Below are positions 1 to 11,500 of a stretch of 32,826 nt of DNA, piece after piece. A program made the position numbers and the translations under genes. Source of the DNA: Octopus bimaculoides (taxonomy: Eukaryota); NCBI RefSeq assembly GCF_001194135.2, contig NC_068989.1:91852120-91884945 (forward strand), given 5' to 3'. The notes beneath the pieces are model-generated. The model saw nothing but the letters and a program-made list of their open reading frames with translations, searched no databases and was not told where the DNA came from. The stretch's first letter is position 1. Every line of letters starts with the position of its first letter.

Positions 1-46
<46 letters not shown>

Positions 47-605
47 AATAAATATATATATATATATATATTATGTATACGTGTGCATATAAGTCTTTAT
101 CTACACGTGCACACTGATATATGCGTCTATGTTGTGTGAAAGGAAATCGAACAGCGTAATCGTATAATAGGTTAATCGTTTCCAATAGAAAAGAATAACA
201 TCCAGCTAAACCAGTTCTCGCTTGCAAAGTGAGTCCTGAACAAATAAATCTTGCACGATATCTATTTGCTACATGTATCACTTAATGGGAAAACTTGATC
301 AGGAAGAAAACTTAACAAAATTATGCGCGCGCACATACATACACACACTCATACACACACTCATACACACAAACATATATTGGATTGCTGCTATCAAATA
401 GTGTAGTTATCATCTTTCGTTGTTCCTTTGCAGAGAAGGTTACCGTTGCTGTCTCAGGACGGCTTCATGGTTAATTTGTTTGCTTCGTTCCTAATTGTAT
501 TCAGCGTTCTCACCCTCTGCGTATAACATAGTCTCAATTTAAACTATTTCAATCATAGCGTCTGATATGCGGAGACCCCGTCATATATATATATGTATGT
601 ATATG

Positions 606-685
<80 letters not shown>
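1..685. repeat. (TA)n and (CA)n microsatellite blocks (1-70, 585-685)
   Basis: Direct dinucleotide repeats. Confidence 0.95.
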
Positions 686-1146
686 NNNNNNNNNNNNNNN
701 NNNNNNNNNNNNNNNNNNNNNNNNNNNNNNNNNNNNNNNNNNNNNNNNNNNNNNNNNNNNNNNNNNNNNNNNNNNNNNNNNNNNNNNNNNNNNNNNNNNN
801 NNNNNNNNNNNNNNNNNNNNNNNNNNNNNNNNNNNNNNNNNNNNNNNNNNNNNNNNNNNNNNNNNNNNNNNNNNNNNNNNNNNNNNNNNNNNNNNNNNNN
901 NNNNNNNNNNNNNNNNNNNNNNNNNNNNNNNNNNNNNNNNNNNNNNNNNNNNNNNNNNNNNNNNNNNNNNNNNNNNNNNNNNNNNNNNNNNNNNNNNNNN
1001 NNNNNNNNNNNNNNNNNNNNNNNNNNNNNNNNNNNNNNNNNNNNNNNNNNNNNNNNNNNNNNNNNNNNNNNNNNNNNNNNNNNNNNNNNNNNNNNNNNNN
1101 NNNNNNNNNNNNNNNNNNNNNNNNNNNNNNNNNNNNNNNNNNNNNN

Positions 1147-1175
<29 letters not shown>

Positions 1176-1178
<3 letters not shown>

Positions 1179-1440
1179 TGTTCTCTCTGTGCCACTTGGC
1201 ACATGAGTCCGCACCATCATCTCTCCAAACAGTTCTGTTTTCTACCACTGTTCTTGTCCTATCCCACCTTCTCCAACGTTCTCGTTTCCTTTCTTTCTCA
1301 ATGGTCATTCTGCTAGCGCTTTTGGGGAGCCTCCTACTATTTTCTCCTCAGGCTGCTGCATTAGTACAATGATGCAATCGCTTTCTCGATCTTTTCTGTG
1401 TGACGTGTCCGATCCATTCCAGCGTTTGCGTCTTAAATTG
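1176..1440 (-). mobile_element. Decayed 3' end of an RTE-type LINE
   Basis: Minus-strand translation with frameshifts gives LRRKRWN/WIGHVTQK...RRLPKSASRMTIEKERKRERWRRWD...ENRTVWRD. This resembles the RTE C-terminus pattern R..RW.WIGH.LR...GKR.RGRPK.TW.RT+EKE. The fragment ends at a (TA)n array. Confidence 0.6.
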
Positions 1441-1557
1441 ATGGTACTGGCGGTGCCCTATCAAGTCCACAACTTTTAGGGTGAAACACATGAAGCTATA
1501 AAGGAGTATGTATGAATGTATGTCTGTCTGTCTGTCTGTCTGTTTGTCTCTCTGTCA

Positions 1558-1594
1558 GGAGTGGCTGTGTGGTAAGTAGCTTGCTTACCAACCA
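1558..1594 (+). mobile_element. Truncated tRNA-derived SINE head (A-box region only)
   Basis: GGAGTGGCTGTGTGGTAAGTAGCTTGCTTACCAACCA. A related head occurs on the minus strand at 28975-29040. Confidence 0.55.
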
Positions 1595-2218
1595 ACAGGA
1601 TTGAGACTGCTGCAGTTGTTTTGTGTAGTTTGATTTACATGCTTAGCTCTATAAAGTTATATATAGTTTAGTACTGTCTGAGTTGATATCGTTCCAAGGT
1701 TGTGCATGTCTTTCACCATTACCTTGTAGCCGAACTAAGTAGACGTAAATTACTGGTATATATCTAACCAACTCTTCGTTGGACCAGAATTATTATGTAG
1801 TTATGTTAGAAATAATTATGCCATAGATTGTACTATTTTCTGCATGTATGTTAAAACGAGCGGTTCCTTTAGCAATATACATCGGATATTAGACAGAACA
1901 AATATCACTTATCAATTTTCCTATGTTAGAACATTATTATGGAGTATAACAGAATTGAGAATATTTCATTTTCTAATCGAACTCGTAGATACATTCTCTC
2001 ACATTACACGAGCATATCTCAATTTTTCAAGCTATTTAGTGTGGCAGTTTCCCTATTTCAGTGAACGCTTTTCCCAAGTGTACACTCGTTATGTTATGAT
2101 AAAGAGAGAAAATCATAGTCTAAGCTAGAGACAATTTTAGCATAATTGGGTAGTAAAACTTATCAGCTTCCTCCAAAATCTTGATGGGTTACAGACGTGG
2201 TATTACAATACTACTAAA

Positions 2219-2275
2219 CAACAATAGCAACAGTCAGCAACAACAACAGCAACAACAACAGCAACAACAACAGCA
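2219..2275. repeat. (CAA/CAG)n trinucleotide repeat
   Basis: Direct. Confidence 0.9.
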
Positions 2276-2834
2276 GAAACAGTAAAGCATTTCTAAAACG
2301 AGTCAGAAATTTATATGAAAATAAATGTCAAAATATCGTTGACAAATGATCGTCACGAAGATATGTGATATTTATCTCCAGACATTGGAAGAAAGATACT
2401 GGACAAATATTGTTATAAAGAGTCAAACAACACATACACACAACAAAAGAAACACACCGTGAACAATAATCGATATATCCAATTCTTTCAGATATAAATA
2501 TTTTCATAAAGAAGAACCAAACTAGATTTATCAAAATATAACAAGTTAAAACACGGATGTTGCAGGTGTATTTCATATCATCATCGAGTTAATAACCCAT
2601 GTAACACTTCTACTTTATCGATCTAGAAAGTTATCCCCCGTTTGATTTGAAATAAAGAGTTTGAATTAACTTCTGTTACTGAGATTGTATTTAAGTTCAT
2701 TTAAAAATATTCATCCGTTAGATTACCAAAATGAACATTATTTTACTCCTTAAGCAAGTAAAAATTATTATTACATGTTGTTATGATAAATATACGTAAA
2801 TCTTTCATTTCTCTTTAAATAATTATATTCACAG

Positions 2835-2968
2835 CCGTAAAAACAGTGATTGATGAGTGGAGTGGAAGAAATTTTTTTTCCGACGGTACACCTATTTTGA
2901 ATAGTCATTACAAACCGGACTTCAAAAGAACACAGCCGAGACCTTTTCGTCGAATTACACTGTACTAA
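2835..2968 (+). CDS. Candidate terminal coding exon of an unidentified gene: (A)VKTVIDEWSGRNFFSDGTPILNSHYKPDFKRTQPRPFRRITLY*
   Basis: Pyrimidine-rich acceptor ...ctttcatttctctttaaataattatattcacag|, then a 44-codon open phase-1 frame ending in TAA, and AATAAA at 3015-3020. No family recognised. Confidence 0.4.
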
Positions 2969-3598
2969 GACTAAGTGCAGCATCCACACTGTTTTCGTCA
3001 ACCAAATCTTACTGAATAAACATCGCTTAACTCGATAGAATGTCATTAAGTATTTCCTCAATTTACTGCACTGCGAGTTCGAACACAAAACAACACAGAT
3101 TGAAAAGAGTCAGGCACATGCCAGAAGGCATTTTAATCTACATTCTAACAGCTAGGTTAATTTGTTGGGTTCTTCCTATTGAACATTTTTGGTGAAATTT
3201 TGCGTATGGATTATACAAACATATTTCAACTGTTCAGTGGTTCTAATCCTGTAGCTTTTCAGTTCCCATATGCATATTATATCTATCATTGTCATATCCT
3301 TCATTAGAACGTTTCTATCCTAAACCTATTGTCCTTCTCTTATGTGCTACATTTCTATAGTTCTATTATTCAGCATTTCCCATGAACAATTGCGAGGTGA
3401 ACTTGATAATGATTTTGGTACAATTCTTAAACGAATTCCTGCAAAGTGCATCCATCATCTGACTTCAGATTCTGATATCTTTATATATATATATATATAT
3501 ATATAGTTTATTCTGTATCCGAAGTTGTCAATTGCAATGCTCTGCATTAGCCAGGTGAGTGGATGATGATTGTATCAACTGTGGCTCAACAAATCTGT

Positions 3599-3643
3599 AT
3601 TTTGCACCATTAGTTCAATTTTGCACCATTAGTTCAATTTTGC
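3599..3643 (+). repeat. 19-bp tandem duplication (ATTTTGCACCATTAGTTCA x2 + partial)
   Basis: Direct. Confidence 0.95.
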
Positions 3644-4375
3644 TTAAACAGTTTGAAACAAATATTTCGAAATCTAATCAAATTTATTTGGCGAAATATA
3701 TTGCAGCTTAGGATAAAATATATACAGAATTTCTGTCACATAATATGATAGCAGAAACTGCACACGCTTAGAAATATAGTAGAGAACAGTTCTCTGCAGA
3801 TCTGCACATGTCTCCAACAAAATATGAAGTGGTTAATTATTGTCTCTAGCTCACGTGAGAATGAAAGTTCTACAAATTCTGGAATATCATTAAAGCTAAG
3901 AATCCCAGAATTTTGACCATTCGCAACTCATCTGTCTCAGGCGTTCCAACTGGCAACCTAAACCCGTTCCTCATTTTAATGCAAACCCATTTATTTGCTA
4001 CAGTTCACGCTAAATAGCACCACTTACACTGTTTTCCACAGTCTCTGATGAATGACAATTGTACGAAAAGTCATACTCTCTACCCATCGCAACGAGCGAA
4101 CTGATCGATCTGGTCATTGTTACATCCTAGTAATATTAATTGATACAATCTCTTCTTCCAAAACTTCCTCACTACTTGACTATTTATTAAAGCATAGATA
4201 CAGTACGTTAGAATATGATGGTTTCTTTAGAAATTTCTGAAAAATAATTTGTCAATTAAATATTTAAAAACAAATATTATTGCTATTATCATCAGCATCA
4301 CCCTACTCTGCTTCCTCCTCCTCCCCCTCCCCTTACACCTCCTCTTCATCCTCCTCCTCGTCTTCGTTGTTGTTG

Positions 4376-4376
4376 C

Positions 4377-4421
<45 letters not shown>

Positions 4422-4437
4422 CATTATTATTATTATT
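4376..4437. repeat. (TAT)n microsatellite
   Basis: Direct. Confidence 0.95.
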
Positions 4438-4440
4438 GTT

Positions 4441-4756
4441 CAGTAGTTTTATTTTTATAACGTGCTTTCACTTCATTACCGAGCGCAGCTCTGTGTGCCT
4501 TGGGTATGTGCTGTAGTTTGCTGTGATGCTCTTATGGTTACTATATTGAAAGTGTTTTGCGTAGGATGTGTGTAGTGCCCAGTAGTGCAATTTTCTGTAT
4601 GTTATATATATTTGTAAGTCCTGGTGTTTTTGTTATGTATTTGTCTGAATATTTTTTATCATACCTAATGCGCCCACTATGATAGGAATTGCTTCTGTTT
4701 TTAGATTCCACATTCGATTTACCTCTATTTCCAGGTCTTTGCATTTTCTCCATTTC

Positions 4757-4760
<4 letters not shown>
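4441..4760 (-). mobile_element. 5'-truncated R4/Dong-like (restriction-like endonuclease) LINE 3' end with 3' UTR
   Basis: Minus-strand ORF ends ...KKYSDKYITKTPGLTNIYNIQKIALLGTTHILRKTLSI* (stop 4541-4543), matching the R4/Dong C-terminal IQK.ALLGTA.ILRK motif. Upstream codons are frameshifted. Flanked on both sides by (TAA)n. Confidence 0.75.
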
Positions 4761-4829
<69 letters not shown>

Positions 4830-4838
4830 ATTATTATT
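4758..4838. repeat. (TTA)n microsatellite
   Basis: Direct. Confidence 0.95.
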
Positions 4839-5355
4839 GAGTGAGAGGGCAAGCCATCAAAGTGACACTATGTACAAATATACGAAGCCCAGTATACCCA
4901 TCATGACTACCCGTCTGATAAGGGTACACCAGGCACATGCATCACAACCACATGTATGTGACATGGTGATCTTATATCANNNNNNNNNNGGTACACCAGG
5001 CACATGCATCACAACCACATGTATGTGACATGGTGATCTTATATCAAGATAAACAGCGCATGACCTTGCAAGTGGGGCCCAGTTAGAATTTTCTTCATGT
5101 TGAGTAGTCCATCCTGTTCAAAAGGTCCCTGAATAAGGGTTGTCTGAGGATGTTGAACGAAACACCCATGTTTCCAGAGGTGAATTATCCAAACCCCAAA
5201 GAATTCCTCTCAACACATGATTCCCCTACTAATTCTGCTCATAATCAGAGATGTACATATCACTAACCACCAAGGGAGACAAGCTCAACTGTTTAAAGTC
5301 AAAAACCTGACAAGCATATCTGTGGTATTGAGAAGAATATTTGCTGTAGCCCATG
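4839..5355. mobile_element. Probable interspersed repeat of undetermined class, abutting (TTA)n
   Basis: Non-coding complex sequence that I recall as a recurrent octopus repeat. This cannot be verified within the window. It contains a 57-bp duplication across a 10-N gap. Confidence 0.35.
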
Positions 5356-5423
5356 ATAACATTTCCAATTAGTTAAGATAAAAAGCCATGGGAGCTACTG
5401 CCTGGTACTGCATCAGGGCATTT

Positions 5424-5656
5424 ATTTCTTCTTCTTCTTCTTCTTCTTCTTCTTCTTTACATCCCTTTCATTCTTCTTCTTTTTCCACCTCCTCCACTCC
5501 TTCTTATCATCATCATCACCGCTACAACCGCCACGACCACCATCATCATAATCATCATCATCAACATCATCCTCATCATCATCATCATCATCAGCATCAC
5601 CAACACCGCCACCATCATCATCATCATCAGCAGCAGCAGCGGCAGCAACAGTAGCG

Positions 5657-5739
<83 letters not shown>

Positions 5740-5760
5740 TGTAGTTGTTGTTGTTGTAGT
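5424..5760. repeat. Compound trinucleotide array (TTC)n-(CAT/CAC)n-(CAG)n-(TAG)n-(TTG)n
   Basis: Direct. Explains the poly-His/Gln ORF 5388-5654. Confidence 0.95.
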
Positions 5761-7526
5761 TCCAGCGTCGTTCTTGGTTTTTGCTATTAATGTTGCTTCT
5801 TAGCTTCAGAAAATTATTGTCGATCGTTTATGCATTATTGATAATCTAGCTCTTCCGAAATAGGTCGTATAATTGCTGCTTCGTAACGGTTGTGTGTGTA
5901 TATGAGGAAGGTGGTGTGGCTCTACGCATGGAGCTGGGAGTGTGTATGTGTGTGTAAAGTTTAGTAGACTGTTTATGCATGTATGTATGTATGTATTTAT
6001 GTGCATGCGTATGTGTGTATGGGGGTGGGGGCATGGAGAACTAATTCGGAGCTCGTATTAACGATTTCTTCTCAACTGTTTCTTTGAATTAAAGTCATAG
6101 ATAGGTTAACGGTTAAATTATACCAAAAAGTGTGGTATACAATTTATATATATATATATATATATATATATNNNNNNNNNNNNNNNNNNNNNNNNNNNNN
6201 NNNNNNNNNNNNNNNNNNNNNNNNNNNNNNNNNNNNNNNNNNNNNNNNNNNNNNNNNNNNNNNNNNNNNNNNNNNNNNNNNNNNNNNNNNNNNNNNNNNN
6301 NNNNNNNNNNNNNNNNNNNNNNNNNNNNNNNNNNNNNNNNNNNNNNNNNNNNNNNNNNNNNNNNNNNNNNNNNNNNNNNNNNNNNNNNNNNNNNNNNNNN
6401 NNNNNNNNNNNNNNNNNNNNNNNNNNNNNNNNNNNNNNNNNNNNNNNNNNNNNNNNNNNNNNNNNNNNNNNNNNNNNNNNNNNNNNNNNNNNNNNNNNNN
6501 NNNNNNNNNNNNNNNNNNNNNNNNNNNNNNNNNNNNNNNNNNNNNNNNNNNNNNNNNNNNNNNNNNNNNNNNNNNNNNNNNNNNNNNNNNNNNNNNNNNN
6601 NNNNNNNNNNNNNNNNNNNNNNNNNNNNNNNNNNNNNNNNNNNNNNNNNNNNNNNNNNNNNNNNNNNNNNNNNNNNNNNNNNNNNNNNNNNNNNNNNNNN
6701 NNNNNNNNNNNNNNNNNNNNNNNNNNNNNNNTATATGTATATATATATATATATATATGCGCACTATCAAAATACAAATGTGCGTATTTATATTAACTGA
6801 GAAACACGTGCATGACAACACACACATACACACACACACACACACATATATGCATACATACATACATACACACATAGATGTATATACGTATGTGTTACGC
6901 GCGGCATGCATGTAAGCTAAGCGAAAGGCAAATATCAATAACTATATATTACCTGAGCTACTTACACGTGACTGATGCTTCGTATGTGTAAGCCTAGCAT
7001 TGTGTGATTGTGAGCGCAGGTATACAGGGCGAGTGAAAGTGAGAGAGAGAGGCTGAAGTTATAAAAGATTGGATTGAAAAGGAAATAAAATAAATTAAGA
7101 AGAAAGTCATTTAGTTGGACAGAGATCAATATTGACATGAAGATAAACATGGCGTATATTATGCATAACAACATGTGTAGCATACATACAGTTGCACAAA
7201 CTGAAAAACGTAATGGGCAGATGTGGCGTGTAAGAATATGAACAGCTCATGTATATATATATATATATATATANNNNNNNNNNNNNNNNNNNNNNNNNNN
7301 NNNNNNNNNNNNNNNNNNNNNNNNNNNNNNNNNNNNNNNNNNNNNNNNNNNNNNNNNNNNNNNNNNNNNNNNNNNNNNNNNNNNNNNNNNNNNNNNNNNN
7401 NNNNNNNNNNNNNNNNNNNNNNNNNNNNNNNNNNNNNNNNNNNNNNNNNNNNNNNNNNNNNNNNNNNNNNNNNNNNNNNNNNNNNNNNNNNNNNNNNNNN
7501 NNNNNNNNNNACACACACACAGAGAC

Positions 7527-7561
<35 letters not shown>

Positions 7562-7563
7562 GA

Positions 7564-7612
<49 letters not shown>

Positions 7613-7717
7613 GTGTATGTATGTATGTATGTATGTATAGATAGATAGATAGATTTGTAGAAACACACGCTTAATCATAAACACGGTAACAGAAACACAC
7701 GAGTGTGTGTGCATGTT

Positions 7718-8265
7718 TTCCTTTTCAGCTCAAAGCTGTGAACATGCTGAGGCACCGCAATTTTGCTACACTGTTATTATTGAGACCCTCCTATGATATG
7801 TGGCATTTGGTGAATAAGGGTGTTTGATGTCACTGCACTAATTTGTGCCTCCTGTTGCGAGGTAGGTTCACTTGAGACTCTCGACAGGAAGAGATTCATT
7901 TTTGTTTTCAAAACATCTACATCCAGTTTGTGTAGGTCCGTGAGGCTCTTTGGGAGAATATTAAAAATCTGTTGGCCCTAGAATCACAGGCTCTTGCAGT
8001 AATTGGTCCTTAAACGCCACGGCATTGTTCGGATCTTTGTCACTGTGCAGTTGGGACCCGTTCTGGAATTTATGTAGTTTTCAATGCCAAAATTTGGGAC
8101 AATCTCTTCCAGGACGTTCCAGATGTATATTAGTGCATTTCTCTTCCGCCTTCGCTACAGAGTGTAGAGTCTTAGCTGTTTCAGCGTATCCCAGTAGCTG
8201 AGCTGGATTGCTTCAAGGTCCGCTGATAATTTTGCACTGTGGGGTGACCAAAGTTGGGAGCAGTA
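7718..8265 (-). mobile_element. CR1/L2-type LINE 3' end (decayed) with 3' tail
   Basis: Minus strand reads QLSYWDTLKQLRLYTL*RRRKRNALIYIWNVLEEIVPNFG...QIFNILPKSL...VDVLKTKMNLFL, the typical CR1/L2 C-terminus. The tail GCGGTGCCTCAGCATGTTCACAGCTTTGAGCTGAAA carries a CAGCT/AGCTG hairpin. Confidence 0.8.
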
Positions 8266-8751
8266 GTTAAGGCAGCTATTAGTTTATTTACCTATCTACC
8301 TATCAATATCTAATATACATACGCACGCGCACACATACACATACACACTCATATTTATATACATATATATATATATGCTTACACACATTTTCATCTTCGA
8401 GTGCATTTAGTTGCGCGCGCGCGCGCGCGTGTGTGTATCTAATTATACAGATATGTAGTAATGGAAGGGTTTAAATACGTTTCGGCATGTTACGCATTTT
8501 GTAGTCAGCATGCATGAATATTCTCCGTCATTGTTTATATTCGCATTCTAATTCCAACAGAACATAGCACATACATCCATATATATTTTTGATAAGCGTG
8601 AGTGTATATCTGTAGTGACGTATACGCGCAAGATAAATTCTCTGTGTATATTTGTATGCATGTGTACGTATAAGTATGCGCACATACCGTCGACTTTCTC
8701 TACACACATATATAAAGATATTTATATAACATATACATATATATTTTTTAT

Positions 8752-8783
<32 letters not shown>

Positions 8784-9715
8784 NNNNNNNNNNNNNNNNN
8801 NNNNNNNNNNNNNNNNNNNNNNNNNNNNNNNNNNNNNNNNNNNNNNNNNNNNNNNNNNNNNNNNNNNNNNNNNNNNNNNNNNNNNNNNNNNNNNNNNNNN
8901 NNNNNNNNNNNNNNNNNNNNNNNNNNNNNNNNNNNNNNNNNNNNNNNNNNNNNNNNNNNNNNNNNNNNNNNNNNNNNNNNNNNNNNNNNNNNNNNNNNNN
9001 NNNNNNNNNNNNNNNNNNNNNNNNNNNNNNNNNNNNNNNNNNNNNNNNNNNNNNNNNNNNNNNNNNNNNNNNNNNNNNNNNNNNNNNNNNNNNNNNNNNN
9101 NNNNNNNNNNNNNNNNNNNNNNNNNNNNNNNNNNNNNNNNNNNNNNNNNNNNNNNNNNNNNNNNNNNNNNNNNNNNNNNNNNNNNNNNNNNNNNNNNNNN
9201 NNNNNNNNNNNNNNNNNNNNNNNNNNNNNNNNNNNNNNNNNNNNNNNNNNNNNNNNNNNNNNNNNNNNNNNNNNNNNNNNNNNNNNNNNNNNNNNNNNNN
9301 NNNNNNNNNNNNNNNNNNNNNNNNNNNNNNNNNNNNNNNNNNNNNNNNNNNNNNNNNNNNNNNNNNNNNNNNNNNNNNNNNNNNNNNNNNNNNNNNNNNN
9401 NNNNNNNNNNNNNNNNNNNNNNNNNNNNNNNNNNNNNNNNNNNNNNNNNNNNNNNNNNNNNNNNNNNNNNNNNNNNNNNNNNNNNNNNNNNNNNNNNNNN
9501 NNNNNNNNNNNNNNNNNNNNNNNNNNNNNNNNNNNNNNNNNNNNNNNNNNNNNNNNNNNNNNNNNNNNNNNNNNNNNNNNNNNNNNNNNNNNNNNNNNNN
9601 NNNNNNNNNNNNNNNNNNNNNNNNNNNNNNNNNNNNNNNNNNNNNNNNNNNNNNNNNNNNNNNNNNNNNNNNNNNNNNNNCCCACACACACACATACATG
9701 GAAAGAGAGAGAGAT

Positions 9716-9745
9716 AATTAGATAGATAGATAGATAGATAAATAT

Positions 9746-9803
<58 letters not shown>
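9716..9803. repeat. (GATA)n tetranucleotide array
   Basis: Direct. Confidence 0.95.
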
Positions 9804-10132
9804 GAAAAAGGAAAAAAAAACGATGATATGAACTTCATTAGCTGATAACTGTTTCCGCCATGAGACGCGGTGGACTTCATGAGGAGAAAAACCATGTGTG
9901 ATACTCCTATGAATGTATAAATTGTTACTCAAGCACTCAACTGTGAGTCCGTCGGATATTCTAGCGGAACCAGTTGTAAGATAATGAAGTTCGGATGATG
10001 ATCGTTTATCATCTGCTTTTTTTTAAATTACCGCTTTATACTCGATTAACGCTTCGTTTAGAAACCTACGCATATTGAGTTCTACATCAGGTTCGTAGTA
10101 TCGCAATGCCTAAGCGAAGAATATGTATATAT

Positions 10133-10164
<32 letters not shown>

Positions 10165-10221
10165 GCGAGTAAAAATAAATACAAGAAAGGTGGGGTTTTT
10201 TGTATGATTGTGTATAGAGGA

Positions 10222-10647
10222 ATATATTATTTTACTTAAAAGAGTTCCAACACTGTCTGTTTTATATGTTTTATTTATATTCCTGCAGAACTAATGTGGG
10301 GTATAGAATATGGAATATACAATATATAATATGATAGTCTGTCATACCGGCCATGACGAAGGGAAATAGCCCTGAAACTCGAGTCGCCTTTATATATATA
10401 TATTTATATTTATATATTTATATATTTGATCCTTTATATTGAACACTCAATATTTCATCTACATTCAATACTTTCTTTCATGGTGCCATCCATTTTTATT
10501 TTATTTTATTTTATTTTATATTGTATATTGTATATCATATTATATATTGTATATTCCATATTCTATACCCCACATTAGTTCTGCAGGAATATAAATAAAA
10601 CATAAAAAAACAGACAGTGTTGGAACTCTTTTAAGCAAAATAATATA
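10222..10647. repeat. Inverted repeat: arms 10222-10336 and 10533-10647 (~115 bp, few mismatches)
   Basis: The left arm ...AAGAGTTCCAACACTGTCTG...CCTGCAGAACTAATGTGGGGTATAGAATATGG...ATGATA is the reverse complement of the right arm. Confidence 0.95.
10349..10388 (+). ncRNA. Minimal type-I hammerhead-ribozyme-like motif (degenerate)
   Basis: GGC-C(A)TGACGA-AGGG aaatag CCCT-GAAA-CTCGAG-TC|GCC: stem I GGC/GCC, stem II AGGG/CCCT, palindromic stem III, GUC site, and one extra A in the core. Confidence 0.6.
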
Positions 10648-10712
10648 TATATATATATATACACATATATACATATAGAGTGTACGTGAGGTATCTGAGG
10701 ACATAACTTTTT

Positions 10713-11065
10713 GGGGGTCATTGCTGCATTTTTTGCTATCTCTGTATAATCTATGTTTCAGAAAATCATAATGCCAGATCCTCATCTTGTTCAAAGAATG
10801 AAGCTGCATGCTGTTATTGTGATTATAAAAGCCGAGCATAGCGATTTTAAAATATCTCGATTTTAAATGTTGCCGGATCTTCTTGTCTACACAGTTTGTA
10901 AGGCGTTGGAGACTGAAGATGGAAACGTATTACCAGTATCAAAGCATAAAACTCATTCTAAACGCTTTGAAATCATCAGAACACCAGCAAGTTCAACAGA
11001 CCAATGATTGCAATCCCAGAAAATCCATGAAGTCAATTGCAAACGATTTCCATATGTCAGAATGA
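10713..11065 (+). mobile_element. Tc1/mariner transposase 5' remnant (frameshifted)
   Basis: From ATG 10771 across frameshifts: MPD...MKLHAVIVIIKAEHSDFKISRF/LNVA/VYTVCKALETEDGNV...EIIRTP/QQVQQTNDCNPRKSMKSIANDFHMSE. This resembles the mariner N-terminal HTH region. No catalytic domain or right TIR found. Confidence 0.6.
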
Positions 11066-11243
11066 ACAAGTTGCCCGTCATTCCAGTCATTCCGACACAC
11101 ATCTTAGTTACTCCGTTGGGGTCCCTAATTTTCGCCTTGTATATAAGTTCTTTATCGAGATAGTTGTTGTTTAGAGAACAGCGACTAGGACGTCTGAAAT
11201 CTACACGTTTATTTTTCTATTCTCTCTCTGTTCATTTCCCCGT

Positions 11244-11286
11244 GGTCCTTTCTGTCGTAGAGGTTAGGCTCGAAACGTAAAAGACT
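11244..11286 (+). ncRNA. Hammerhead-like motif with non-canonical core
   Basis: GTC(C)TTT-CTGTCGT-AGAG gttagg CTC-GAAA-CG-TA|AAAGAC: stem I and stem II pair, but the core deviates from CUGANGA at two positions. Confidence 0.4.
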
Positions 11287-11332
11287 TTCTCACTTGGCTG
11301 AACGTAAAAGACTTTCTCACTTGGCTGAACGT
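11274..11332 (+). repeat. 27-bp tandem duplication (AACGTAAAAGACTTTCTCACTTGGCTG x2)
   Basis: Direct. Confidence 0.95.
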
Positions 11333-11411
11333 CAGAGTTCTTGTTGTTTATACAACTGTCTTCGTGTTTTGTTTGTCTGTAAATTTCAACGATACATATA
11401 TATATATATAT

Positions 11412-11434
11412 GAGAGAGAGAGAGTGAGAGAGAG

Positions 11435-11497
<63 letters not shown>
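11412..11497. repeat. (GA)n/(GT)n microsatellite
   Basis: Direct. Confidence 0.95.

Positions 11498-11500
<3 letters not shown>

Noticed and set aside
3850-3925. Signal-peptide-like MVKILGFLALMIFQNL on the minus strand
   Set aside because: In-frame stop before the donor and no downstream exon; could be chance.
4923-5046. Exact 57-bp direct repeat
   Set aside because: The identical copies flank a 10-N gap, so this is most likely an unmerged contig overlap.
5388-5654. Poly-Ser/His/Gln ORF
   Set aside because: Translation of a compound trinucleotide array, with no non-repetitive coding context or splice support.
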